Assembly: GCA_040954595.2 (NCBI GenBank)
Contig: CM082585.2
Span: forward strand, 2,138,902-2,202,901
Source of the DNA: Balanoglossus misakiensis
Taxonomy: Eukaryota > Animalia > Hemichordata
Direction: 5' to 3'
DNA: 64,000 nucleotides
Positions 22,259 through 33,700 of this stretch are shown one piece after another; within the stretch, counting starts at the first letter, position 1; each line of letters opens with the position of its first letter. Under the pieces are notes generated by a model that saw only the letters and a list, made by a program, of their open reading frames with translations, ran no database searches and was not told where the DNA came from. The translations under genes were made by a program, and so were the position numbers.

Positions 22259-25200
22259 TCATTGAGAAAGCGAATGTCATCCTCGGCGACTGGGTGCTCG
22301 GTCATTTGAGAAATATTAACAGATGATTTGAAGAGTTGCTCATAACTTGGGTCAAGATGCCAGCGACTGAGCGCATCAGCCAGCCGGTTCTCGGTGCCTG
22401 CGATGTGCACAGCACGTAGCTCAAACTCGTGAATCGCTGCTACCAGCCATAATTCCCTCAAGCAAGACAGCATTAGTTTATCCCTAGCTCTACCGGTATT
22501 AATGACCCAAACTGTTGCCTGGTTGTCGCAAGAGACCTGTATTTTCTTTCCAGACCATCTATCACCCCAAATTTTTGCCGCTATAGTAATAGTGAGTAAT
22601 TCGAGGGCATTAATGTGAGGGTCCCCAACCTTTACAAAGTCAGGGAACTCCACGTGGAAATACTCGTTGTCGCAAAGCCCCCCTCCCCCTGTTGGGCATG
22701 CATCCGAAGAAAATATTTCATCTGGCGGGCACCAACCTGACTCTTTAATGAGAGACACCCCATTATAAACCCTAATGAAATTAATCCACCACCGTAGATC
22801 TGCCTTGAAATCACTGTTTAGATGGTAGTGATTGCGGGTGACGGTACGCAACACATCTAGCATTCTCGCCAGGAATAGCCTACCAGGCTTGACACATTTG
22901 GCAATAAAGGAAAGCTTGCCTATGAGTGATTGCAGCTCGCGCTTAGTTGCTTTTGTTTTAGTGACCCATACACCCAGCTCTTGCTCTATTTCATTAAGCC
23001 GGTCAGGAGTAACTTCCATAGTCATTGTAAGGGAGTTCAACTGGATTCCAAGAAAAGTCATGATTGATGACGGGGGCACCGCTTTGTGTTTGGCTTCTTG
23101 CAAACCCAGTCTATCCAGCGTGTCACCTAGCTCCGCAAATGCCTTGTGGGCTTTGTTGGAGGTCTCTGCACCACCGAAGTCGTCAAGGTAATTAACACAG
23201 TCATACCCTTTCGTGGAATAGATATAAGAAACCGCATTAGTGGTGCGCTGGCAGGCTAGCGCTGCGGTTCGCAAGCCAAATGGCAATGTAAGGTCAAAGA
23301 ACAATAAATTACGCCACGTGTAGCCCAGCAAATGGTAGTCCGCTGGATCGACTGGTATTTGCCGATAAGCTCTGCTTAAATCGCGCTTAAATAGGAGGCA
23401 TCCCCTGCCCTTACGGGTCATCATTGCAGTGAAATCATCAATGGAAGGATATTGAAGCTGAAAACTCTCCCCAAGATATTCCCCTTTGGGGATACCGTCA
23501 TTTACTGAATGGTGGATTGGGGAACTAAGATCAAATACTATACGCCGATTAACACTATCTTTTTTTTCGACAGTCTGAATGGGGGAAGTACTGAGTGGTG
23601 TGGCAAGGGGGTTAGTTAAGAACGGACCCGCTGTAGCCCCGGCTGCGACTTCGTTAATGATCCAGTTGTCGACATGCGCCGAGTAATTTATAGCTGATGG
23701 GTGGTTTTTCACTGTAGAGTATGGCAATTCTGAGGCTGTATAGTAGACGGGCCAACCATATTGTAGGTTATCGCAGATGATTTTGTCATCATATTGCTGC
23801 AATTCGGCTCGCCAAATTGGGATTTGAAGATTTGATGAAACGGGTATTCTGCAAAATTGAGAATTTGGTAAACCTGATTCAACAACTATGTCATGAACGG
23901 TTATAACTTCTGTTAAATCAAGGGGTGACGCTTGTGGCCATGACGACGGGGGACAGACATCCCCGCCCACGGGAGTATCTGATAACTCAGAATACTGCAT
24001 ATCATTGCCCAGTGGATAAGTGTCTGGAACACTGTGATCAACAAGGGTGGGGTTGGGAGGCCCCATATTTGGAACATTTTCCACAGTAAACATATCACTA
24101 ACAAAGACATCGTGGTCATCACTGATCATACCGTCAGAGGAACCATGAGCGCTAATCTCACATGCAAATTCAGTGGTATCACCGACGGTATGGGCTAGTG
24201 ATTCAATAGGGATTTGCTTGTCAAGATCAGTCTCAATATCAGGTTCTATCAAATCAACTGTATGAGTTTTACAAAGGTATTTGTCAACATTATCCCTGCT
24301 AACAGAGGTATCAAAACAACCTGTGTGTTCAGAGGCAACATTGGCAATGGTACATGTTACTGGCTCGTCAATCGAAAGCACTGGTTCAGAAATACTACTA
24401 GGGTTAACAATAGCATCCCGCAAAACCTCCGGGTTGCACATTGACAGGCTTCTTGAAATATCAATCTCCATGTCAGTTTGTACAGAGCGATCACACTTGT
24501 GCACTGCCTGATCTGTGATGCCCATCAATGTATAAAAGTCATTGATATTACACTCCGTGCCTGCACTTTTGACTCTATGGTTCAATTTAGGAATTAAATT
24601 GCTGTCACAGTCATGAGAGTCTTGTTTAGACTTATCTACCTCTGCTTTGCCAGAACTATCGGTCAACTTGTTGCTCTCTTGCTCTCTAAAGGCCTTATCC
24701 TTCCAGGGGCAGGCAATCTTGGGATGCTTGGCCAGGTTGTTACGCAACTTCATGCAGGCTTCACATATGTGTTTGAATGCGCAATCCTCCTTCTCGCACT
24801 TGTTACTTTGGTATTTGAAACATACATTAATCTGATCCTTCTTTTTGGATTTGTCCGCTGTTTTATCCCGTCTGATCTTGCCGATACGCGGCAGCAAATA
24901 TAGCTCTCTCAGATCTGCGGTGTCATTTGCCCATGTTCTGAGTCCTGACTCCATGTCAGAGAGGAGCGCGCCCTCGAACTTCAAGATGGCGTCCCAGGGG
25001 AACAAATTGGCGTCTTTCATAAGCGACTGTAAGTGTTGTAATCGCTGCTGTTTCTCTGTGTCACTCAAAGTAGGAAGTTGCACTATCGCGAGATTACCTT
25101 CCACAAATTCCGCCATTGACATATCATCGAATTTTGGTGGGGCGCCCGAGAATGTCCGAGCCCTGACGAACATGTGCGGCCATAGGACGTGCTGTCGCAC

Positions 25201-25818
25201 ACGATCGGTTCTGGTGTTGAACCGCATCGATTTCATTGGTACGTTACCTGCTTTGCTCTGCGCTGCTGTGTATAAACCGGACTGTGCCAGGAGTTGGTTC
25301 GGTTGGAGGTCTTCACCGCCGCCAGCGGCCCCTGTCGCTGGTAGCCACGGACTGCCTGATGGTAACGACCACTGCAATTGTGAGTCTTCTTTCGCCATCC
25401 TCTTGAGATCGGGTAGCGTGAGTTGACTCAGGTCGTGACTTCTGGGACTTCCGCTCGAAGCGGCTGGCGGGCTGCGTCGTTCCTTCTCCAGTTTCATTTC
25501 TTTTAGTTGTTTTCTTAAATTGTCTACTTCAGATTGCTCCTGCAGTCTCGCTATCTCCGCCTGCAACTTCTCTTTCTCTGACCTCACATCTTCCCCGTCA
25601 GATGAAGTGTCTTCTTCCTTGACAGGTTTGCTACATTTCCCGCCTTTCGAACGAGCTGACGCCATTGGTACTTTGGAAAGTTTGGTGGGGGGGACCACGC
25701 GAACTTTTCGACCGGTCGATGCTCTTGTCGTAGTCTTACTGCGAGTTGCAGGTCCCTTTTTGGCGACTGGACTGGGCTCTATTCCCAAATCCAGCAGCTG
25801 TTGTTCAGCGTTCTCCAT
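22252..25818 (-). CDS. Fused Gag-RT-RNaseH polyprotein, copy 3 (1188 aa)
   Basis: Same motifs as copy 2. It has an in-frame 6-bp deletion (HYHIYLN to HYHLN) and retains the final finger Cys (KIACP). Confidence 0.93.
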   Translation of the reverse strand: MENAEQQLLDLGIEPSPVAKKGPATRSKTTTRASTGRKVRVVPPTKLSKVPMASARSKGGKCSKPVKEEDTSSDGEDVRSEKEKLQAEIARLQEQSEVDNLRKQLKEMKLEKERRSPPAASSGSPRSHDLSQLTLPDLKRMAKEDSQLQWSLPSGSPWLPATGAAGGGEDLQPNQLLAQSGLYTAAQSKAGNVPMKSMRFNTRTDRVRQHVLWPHMFVRARTFSGAPPKFDDMSMAEFVEGNLAIVQLPTLSDTEKQQRLQHLQSLMKDANLFPWDAILKFEGALLSDMESGLRTWANDTADLRELYLLPRIGKIRRDKTADKSKKKDQINVCFKYQSNKCEKEDCAFKHICEACMKLRNNLAKHPKIACPWKDKAFREQESNKLTDSSGKAEVDKSKQDSHDCDSNLIPKLNHRVKSAGTECNINDFYTLMGITDQAVHKCDRSVQTDMEIDISRSLSMCNPEVLRDAIVNPSSISEPVLSIDEPVTCTIANVASEHTGCFDTSVSRDNVDKYLCKTHTVDLIEPDIETDLDKQIPIESLAHTVGDTTEFACEISAHGSSDGMISDDHDVFVSDMFTVENVPNMGPPNPTLVDHSVPDTYPLGNDMQYSELSDTPVGGDVCPPSSWPQASPLDLTEVITVHDIVVESGLPNSQFCRIPVSSNLQIPIWRAELQQYDDKIICDNLQYGWPVYYTASELPYSTVKNHPSAINYSAHVDNWIINEVAAGATAGPFLTNPLATPLSTSPIQTVEKKDSVNRRIVFDLSSPIHHSVNDGIPKGEYLGESFQLQYPSIDDFTAMMTRKGRGCLLFKRDLSRAYRQIPVDPADYHLLGYTWRNLLFFDLTLPFGLRTAALACQRTTNAVSYIYSTKGYDCVNYLDDFGGAETSNKAHKAFAELGDTLDRLGLQEAKHKAVPPSSIMTFLGIQLNSLTMTMEVTPDRLNEIEQELGVWVTKTKATKRELQSLIGKLSFIAKCVKPGRLFLARMLDVLRTVTRNHYHLNSDFKADLRWWINFIRVYNGVSLIKESGWCPPDEIFSSDACPTGGGGLCDNEYFHVEFPDFVKVGDPHINALELLTITIAAKIWGDRWSGKKIQVSCDNQATVWVINTGRARDKLMLSCLRELWLVAAIHEFELRAVHIAGTENRLADALSRWHLDPSYEQLFKSSVNISQMTEHPVAEDDIRFLNEW

Positions 25819-25999
25819 AATAACGGTGAGAAATTGAAATTGAGGCAGAGAGAGCGAGCACTGCAGGACACGCTCCGAACCCTTGAAGTGGCCGTGAGTG
25901 ATGGATTATGGGATTTTTGAGGCTCGTTTGAGGTTGAGGGCGCCCCTTTTCGAGTTGCTTAATTGGGTAACATTATGCCGTTGATCGCAATGTTACCTA

Positions 26000-28900
26000 C
26001 ATGATTTTTTTTTTAAATGGACGAAAATCGACGAAATTGTGAGATTTTGCAAAGTCAAAAATTTGTCATTTTTTGATGATTTTCACCCATGTTTTTTTTT
26101 AAAAAATCGACGAACCTATGATTTTTTTCAAAATCGACGAAATTTTGAGATTTTGCAAAGTCGAAAATTTTGTCATTTTTTGATGATTTTCACCCATGAT
26201 TTTTTCAAAAATCGACGAAATGTTGAGACTTTGCAAAGTCGAAAATTTGTCATTTTTTGATGATTTTCACCCATGATTTTTTTCAAAAATCGACGAAATG
26301 TTGAGATTTTGCAAAGTCGAAAATTTGTCATTTTTTGATGATTTTCACCCATGATTTTTTTCAAAAATCGACGAAATGTTGAGATTTTGCAAAGTCGAAA
26401 ATTTGTCATTTTTTGATGATTTTCTCCCATGATTTTTTTTCAAAAATCGACGAAAATTTGTCATTTTTGATTATTTTTACCCATGATTTTTATTCAAAAA
26501 TGGACGAAATTTTGAGATTTTGCAAAGACGAAAATTTGTCATTTTTTGATGATTTTCACCCATGATTTTTTTTCAAAAATCGACGAAATTTTGAGATTTT
26601 GCAAAGTCGAAAATTTGTCATTTTTTGATGATTTTCCCCCATGTTTTTTTTTTAAAATGGACGAAATTTTGAGATTTTGCAAAGACGAAAATTTGTCATT
26701 TTTTGATGATTTTTACCCATGATTTTTTTTCAAAAATGGACGAAATTTTGAGATTTTGCAAAGTCGAAAATTTGTCATTTTTTGATGATTTTCACCCATA
26801 TTATTTTTCAAATATTGACGAAATTTTGAGATTTTGCAAAGTCGAAAATTTGTCATTTTTGGATGATTTTTTTCAAAAATCGACGAAATTTTAAGATTTT
26901 GCAAAGTCGAAAATTTGTCATTTTTTGATGATTTTCACCCATATTATTTTTCAAAAACCGACGAAATTTTGAGATATAGCAAAGACGAAAATTTGTCATT
27001 TTTGATGATTTTTACCCATGATTTTTATTCAAAAATGGACGAAATTTTGAGATTTTGCAAAGACGAAAATTTGTCATTTTTTGATGATTTTCACCCATGA
27101 TTTTTTTTCAAAAATCGACGAAATTTTGAGATTTTGCAAAGTCGAAAATTTGTCATTTTTTGATGATTTTGCCCCGTTTTTTTTTTAAAATGGACGAAAT
27201 TTTGAGATTTTGCAAAGACGAAAATTTGTCATTTTTTGATGATTTTCACCCATGATTTTTTTTCAAAAATCGACGAAATTTTGAGATTTTGCAAAGTCGA
27301 AAATTTGTCATTTTTTGATGATTTTCCCCCATGTTTTTTTTTTTTAAATGGACGAAATTTTGAGATTTTGCAAAGTCGAAAATTTGCCATTTTTTGATGA
27401 TTTTCACTCATATTATTTTTCAAAAATCGACGAAATTTTTAGATTTTGCAAAGTCGAAAATGTGTCATTTTTTGATGATTTTCACCCATGATTTGTTTCA
27501 AAAATCGACGAAATTTTAAGATTTTGCAAAGACGAAAATTTGTCATTTTTTGATGATTTTTACCCATGATTTTTTTTCAAAAATCGACGAAATTTTGAGA
27601 TTTTGCATAATCGAAAATGTGTCATTTTTTGATGATTTTCACCCATGATTTTTTTTCAAAAATCGACGAAATTTTGAGATTTTGCAAAGTCGAAAATTTG
27701 TCATTTTTTGATGATTTTCACCCATGTTTTTTTTTTAAAAAATCGACGAACCTATGATTTTTTTCAAAATCGACGAAATTTTGTGATTTTACAAAGTCGA
27801 AAATTTTGTCATTTTTTGATGATTTTCAACCATGATTTTTTTTCAAAAATCGACGAAAATTTGAGATTTTGCAAAGACGAAAATTTGTCATTTTTGATGA
27901 TTTTTACCCATGATTTTTATTCAAAAATGGACGAAATTTTGAGATTTTGCAAAGACGAAAATTTGTCTTTTTTTGATGATTTTCACCCATGATTTTTTTT
28001 CAAAAATCGACGAAATTTTGAGATTTTGCAAAGTCGAAAATTTGTCATTTTTTGATGATTTTGCCCCATGTTTTTTTTTTAAAATGGACGAAATTTTGAG
28101 ATTTTGCAAAGACGAAAATTTGTCATTTTTTGATGATTTTCACCCATGATTTTTTTTCAAAAATCGACGAAATTTTGAGATTTTGCAAAGTCGAAAATTT
28201 GTCATTTTTTGATGATTTTCACCCATGTTTTTTTTTTTAAATGGACGAAATTTTGAGATTTTGCAAAGACGAAAATTTGTCATTTTTTGATGATTTTCCC
28301 CCATGTTTTTTTTTTAAATGGACGAAATTTTGAGATTTTGCAAAGACGAAAATTTGTCATTTTTTGATGATTTTCACTTATGATTTTTTTCAAAAATCGA
28401 CAAAATTTTGAGATTTTGCAAAGTCGAAAATTTGTCATTTTTTGATGATTTTCACCCATGATTTTTTTCAAAAATCGACGAAATTTTGAGATTTTGCAAA
28501 GTCGAAAATTTGTCATTTTTTGATGATTTTCACCCATGATTTTTCTCAAAAATCGACGAAATTTTAAGATTTTGCAAAGTCGAAAATGTGTCATTTTTTG
28601 ATGATTTTCACCCATGATTTTTTTTAAAAAATCGACGAAATTTTAAGATTTTGCAAAGTCGAAAATTTGTCATTTTTTGATGATTTTCACCCATGTTTTT
28701 TTTTAAAAATCGACGAACCTATGATTTTTTTCAAAATCGACGAAATTGTGTGATTTTGCAAAGTCGAAAATTTTGTCATTTTTTGATGATTTTCAACCAT
28801 GATTTTTTTTCAAAAATCGACGAAATTTTGAGATTTTGCACAGTCGAAAATTTGTCATTTTTTGATGATTTTCACCCATGATTTTTTTCAAAAATCGACG

Positions 28901-29277
28901 AAATGTTGAGATTTTGCAAAGTCGAAAATTTGTCATTTTTTGATGATTTTCTCCCATGATTTTTTTCAAAAATCGACGAAATTGTGAGATTTTGCAAAGT
29001 CGAAAATTTGTCATTTTTTGATGATTTTCACCCGTTTTTTTTTTTAAATCGACGAACCTATGATTTTTTTCAAAATCGACGAAATTTTGAGATTTTGCAA
29101 AGTCGAAAATTTGTCATTTTTTGATGATTTTCACCCATGATTTTTTTCAAAAATCGACGAAATGTTGAGATTTTGCAAATTCGAAAATTTGTCATTTTTT
29201 GATGATTTTCACCCATGATTTTTTTCAAAAATCGACGAAATTGTGAGATTTTGCAAAGTCGATAATTTGTCATTTTT
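26000..29277 (+). repeat. 78-bp tandem satellite, block 2
   Basis: Same monomer and orientation as block 1. Confidence 0.97.
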
Positions 29278-30772
29278 AGGTCCCATTGGTATAGGCCTAT
29301 ATACCATAGGACCTTATGGGATGGGTTGCGTCTGTATGGATGTATGTATGGATGTATGTATGTCTGTATGTCCGTCCACATCAAAAACTTGAAAACCGCT
29401 GCGCGTAACACCTCAATATTTGGTGTGTAGGTGCAGGCTGGGCTGTAGATGGGAGTTTGTCCAAACGAAGTTGCCAGGCCCAAAAATATGCAAATTAGCC
29501 AGTAAAATGTGAAATTTATCAAAACTCTGAAAGTCAACAACTACTGGTCAGATTGCTTTGAAAATTGGTATGCATGTACCTTATGTCAACCTCACATCGA
29601 CCTGTAAGTGTTAAGTTAATATCATGGATGTTTTATTTTTTATGAATTTTTTAGTCTTTTTATTAAATTTATAACTTTACTTATACCTCTATGGTTAAGC
29701 TATGTCCACGTCTTATTGTGGAATTCTGGTCTGTGCAATAGTCCTGTACAGTGACTGTCTATTGGTCCGTGAGCACAATGGGGCCAAAATAAAAGGCAAA
29801 TTTTTGGGCTTACCTGTAACACCTGCTTAACACATTAATTATGTGCATACCTAATTCCGGGCTAACTAATAGGGCTAGAGGTTTCGTTCTTGTGGGACAT
29901 GGACCAGTATAGGGTCAAAATTTCTTGCCCAAATTTTGGGTGACCTCAGGTGACCTTTGACCTACTTTGCTATATCTCGGCATCCAGAGCAGGTACAGAC
30001 TTGGCGTTTGGAGGGTTGGGACTAAAATTGAAAAGCCAAAATATGGGTCACCTGTGACACCTGCATATCTCATTAATTATGTGCATACCTAATTCCAGGC
30101 TAACCAATAGGGCTATACTTTTGGTTTTTGTTGAGCATGGACCAGTATAGGGTCAAAATTTCTTACCCAAATTTTGCATGACCTCAGGTGACCTTTGACC
30201 TACTTTTCCATATCTTGGCATCCAGAGCAGGTACAGACTTGGCGTTTGGAGGGTTGGGACTAAAATTGAAAAGCCAAAATTGGGGGTCACCTGTGACACC
30301 TGCATATCTCATTAATTTTGTGCATACCTAATTCCAGGCTAACCAATAGGGCTATAGGTTTGCTTTTTGTTGAACATGGACCAGTATAGGGTCAAAATTT
30401 CTTGCCCAAATTTTGCATGATCTCAGGTGACCTTTGACCTACTTTTCCATATCTTGGCATCCAGAGCAGGTACAGACTTCGCGTTTGGAGGGTTGGGACT
30501 AAAATTGAAAAGCCAAAATTGAAGGTCACCTGTGACACCTGCATATCTCATTAATTATGTGCATACCTAATTCCAGGCTAACCAATAGGGCTATAGGTTT
30601 TGTTTTGTTGAACATGGACCAGTATAGGGTCAAAATGTCTTGCCCAAATTTTGCATGACCTCAGGTGACCTTTGACCTACTTTTCCATATCTTGGCATCC
30701 AGAGTAGATATGCTTATTGCTATGTTGCTATGAGCTATGTCCTCAAATGGGACCACAGTGTCCTTGACGCTA
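29278..30772 (+). mobile_element. Non-autonomous Helentron-associated element (HINE / DINE-1-like), about 1.5 kb
   Basis: T-runs on both sides. 5' subTIR GGTCCCATT (29279-29287) sits in an inverted repeat (29278-29313). TGTA/TGGA/TCCG microsatellite at 29330-29377, then central tandem repeats. 3' subTIR AATGGGACC (30746-30754) followed by a short hairpin. No credible ORF. Confidence 0.9.
29806..30705 (+). repeat. Internal tandem repeat of the HINE, about 239 bp x 3.8
   Basis: TGACCTTTGACCT recurs at 29951, 30189, 30428 and 30666. CACCTGTGACACCTGCATATCTC recurs with the same period. Confidence 0.93.
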
Positions 30773-33700
30773 TTTTTTGATGATTTTCACCCATATTATT
30801 TTTCAAAAACCGACGAAATTTTGAGATTTAGCAAAGACGAAAATTTGTCATTTTTTGATGATTTTTACCCCTGATTTTTTCAAAAATTGACGAAATTTTG
30901 AGATTTTGCGAAGTCGAAAATTTGTCATTTTTTGATGATTTTCACCTATGATTTTTTTCAAAAATCGACAAAATTTTGAGATTTTGCAAAGTCGTAAATT
31001 TGTCATTTTTTGATGATTTTCACCCATGATTTTTTTCAAAAATTGACGAAATTTTGAGATTTTGCAAAGTTGAAAATTTGTCATTTTTTGATGATTTTCA
31101 CCCATGATTTTTCTCAAAAATCGACGAAATTTTAAGATTTTGCAAAGTCGAAAATGTGTCATTTTTTGATGATTTTCACCCATGATTTTTTTTAAAAAAT
31201 TGACGAAATTTTGAGATTTTGCGAAGTCGAAAATTTGTCATTTTTTGATGATTTTCACCTATGATTTTTTTCAAAAATCGACGAAATTTTAAGATTTTGC
31301 AAAGTCGAAAATTTGTCATTTTTTGATGATTTTCACCCATGTTTTTTTTTTTAAAAATCGACGAACCTATGATTTTTTTAAAAATCGACGAAATTGTGTG
31401 ATTTTGCAAAGTCGAAAATTTTGTCATTTTTTGATGATTTTCAACCATGATTTTTTTTCAAAAATCGACGAAATTTTGAGATTTTGCAAAGTCGAAAATT
31501 TGTAATTTTTTGATGATTTTCCCCCAATGGTTTTTTTTCAAAATCGACGAAATTTTGAGATTTTGCAAAGTCGAAAATTTGTCATTTTTTGATGATTTTC
31601 ACCCATGTTTTTTTTTTAAAATCGACGAACCTATGATTTTTTTCAAAATCGACGAAATTTTGAGATTTTGCAAAGTCGAAAATTTGTCATTTTTTGATGA
31701 TTTTCACCCATGATTTTTTTCAAAAATCGACGAAATGTTGAGATTTTGCAAAGTCGAAAATTTGTAATTTTTTGATGATTTTCCCCCAATGGTTTTTTTT
31801 CAAAATCGACGAAATTTTGAGATTTTGCAAAGTCGAAAATTTGTCATTTTTTGATGATTTTCCCCCAATGGTTTTTTTCAAAATCGACGAAATTTTGAGA
31901 TTTTGCAAAGTCGAAAATTTGTCATTTTTTGATGATTTTCCCCCATGTTTTTTTTTTAAAATGGACGAAATTTTGAGATTTTGCAAAGTCGAAAATTTGT
32001 CATTTTTTGATGATTTTCACCCATGATTTTTTTCAAAAATCGACGAAATTGTGAGATTTTGCAAAGTCAAAAATTTGTCATTTTTTGATGATTTTCACCC
32101 ATGTTTTTTTTTAAAAAAAACGACGAACCTATGATTTTTTTCAAAATCGACGAAATTTTGAGATTTTGCAAAGTCGAAAATTTGTCATTTTTTGATGATT
32201 TTCACCCATGATTTTTTTCAAAAATCGACGAAATGTTGAGATTTTGCAAAGTCGAAAATTTGTCATTTTTTGATGATTTTCACCCATGATTTTTTTCAAA
32301 AATCGACGAAATGTTGAGATTTTGCAAAGTCGAAAATTTGTCATTTTTTGATGATTTTCTCCCATGATTTTTTTCAAAAATCGACGAAATTGTGAGATTT
32401 TGCAAAGTCGAAAATTTGTCATTTTTTGATGATTTTCACCCATGTTTTTTTTTTTTAAATCGACGAACCTATGATTTTTTTCAAAATCGACGAAATTTTG
32501 AGATTTTGCAAAGTCGAAAATTTGTCATTTTTTGATGATTTTCTCCCATGATTTTTTTCAAAAATCGACAAAATTGTGAGATTTTGCAAAGTCGAAAATT
32601 TGTCATTTTTTGATGATTTTCACCCATGTTTTTTTTTTAAAATCGACGAACCTATGATTTTTTTCAAAATCGACGAAATTTTGAGATTTTGCAAAGTCGA
32701 AAATTTGTCATTTTTTGATTATTTTCACCCATGATTTTTTTCAAAAATCGACGAAATGTTGAGATTTTGCAAAGTCGAAAATTTGTAATTTTTTGATGAT
32801 TTTCCCCCAATGGTTTTTTTTCAAAATCGACGAAATGTTGAGATTTTGCAAAGTCGAAAATTTGTAATTTTTTGATGATTTTCCCCCAATGGTTTTTTTT
32901 CAAAATCGACGAAATTTTGAGATTTTGCAATGTCGAAAATTTGTCATTTTTTGATGATTTTCCCCCAATGGTTTTTTTCAAAATCGACGAAATTTTGAGA
33001 TTTTGCAAAGTCGAAAATTTGTCATTTTTTGATGATTTTCCCCCATGTTTTTTTTTTTAAATGGACGAAATTTTGAGATTTTGCAAAGTCGAAAATTTGT
33101 CATTTTTTGATGATTTTCACCCATGATTTTTTTCAAAAATCGACGAAATTGTGAGATTTTGCAAAGTCAAAAATTTGTCATTTTTTGATGATTTTCACCC
33201 ATGTTTTTTTTTTAAAAAAACGACGAACCTATGATTTTTTTCAAAATCGACGAAATTTTGAGATTTTGCAAAGTCGAAAATTTGTCATTTTTTGATGATT
33301 TTCACCCATGATTTTTTTCAAAAATCGACGAAATGTTGAGATTTTGCAAAGTCGAAAATTTGTCATTTTTTGATGATTTTCACCCATGATTTTTTTCAAA
33401 AATCGACGAAATGTTGAGATTTTGCAAAGTCGAAAATTTGTCATTTTTTGATGATTTTCTCCCATGATTTTTTTCAAAAATCGACGAAATTGTGAGATTT
33501 TGCAAAGTCTCATTTTTTGATGATTTTCACCCATGTTTTTTTTTTTTAAATCGACGAACCTATGATTTTTTTTGAAAATCGACGAAATTTTGAGATTTTG
33601 CAAAGTCGAAAATTTGTCATTTTTTGATGATTTTCACCCATGATTTTTTTCAAAAATCGACGAAATGTTGAGATTTTGCAAAGTCGATAATTTTGTCATT

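Larger units (their letters stand above)
10087..25999 (-). mobile_element. Tandem triplet of an Ngaro-type (DIRS order) tyrosine-recombinase retrotransposon
   Basis: In element orientation: A-gag/pol-YR-B, three times, then A2-spacer-B2. Units are about 4916, 4923 and 5656 bp. No TSD: removing 10087-25999 restores GATTTTCCCC|CATGATTTT. No methyltransferase domain is evident. Confidence 0.93.

Noticed and set aside
10087-25999. LTR retrotransposon, DIRS1-type element or prophage integrase
   Set aside because: No DDE integrase, protease or TSD. The repeats are split direct (A..B-A..B) rather than inverted, and no methyltransferase is evident, which fits Ngaro.
29070-29540. 156-aa minus-strand ORF
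   Set aside because: It is a chance read-through from the HINE microsatellite region into the satellite.
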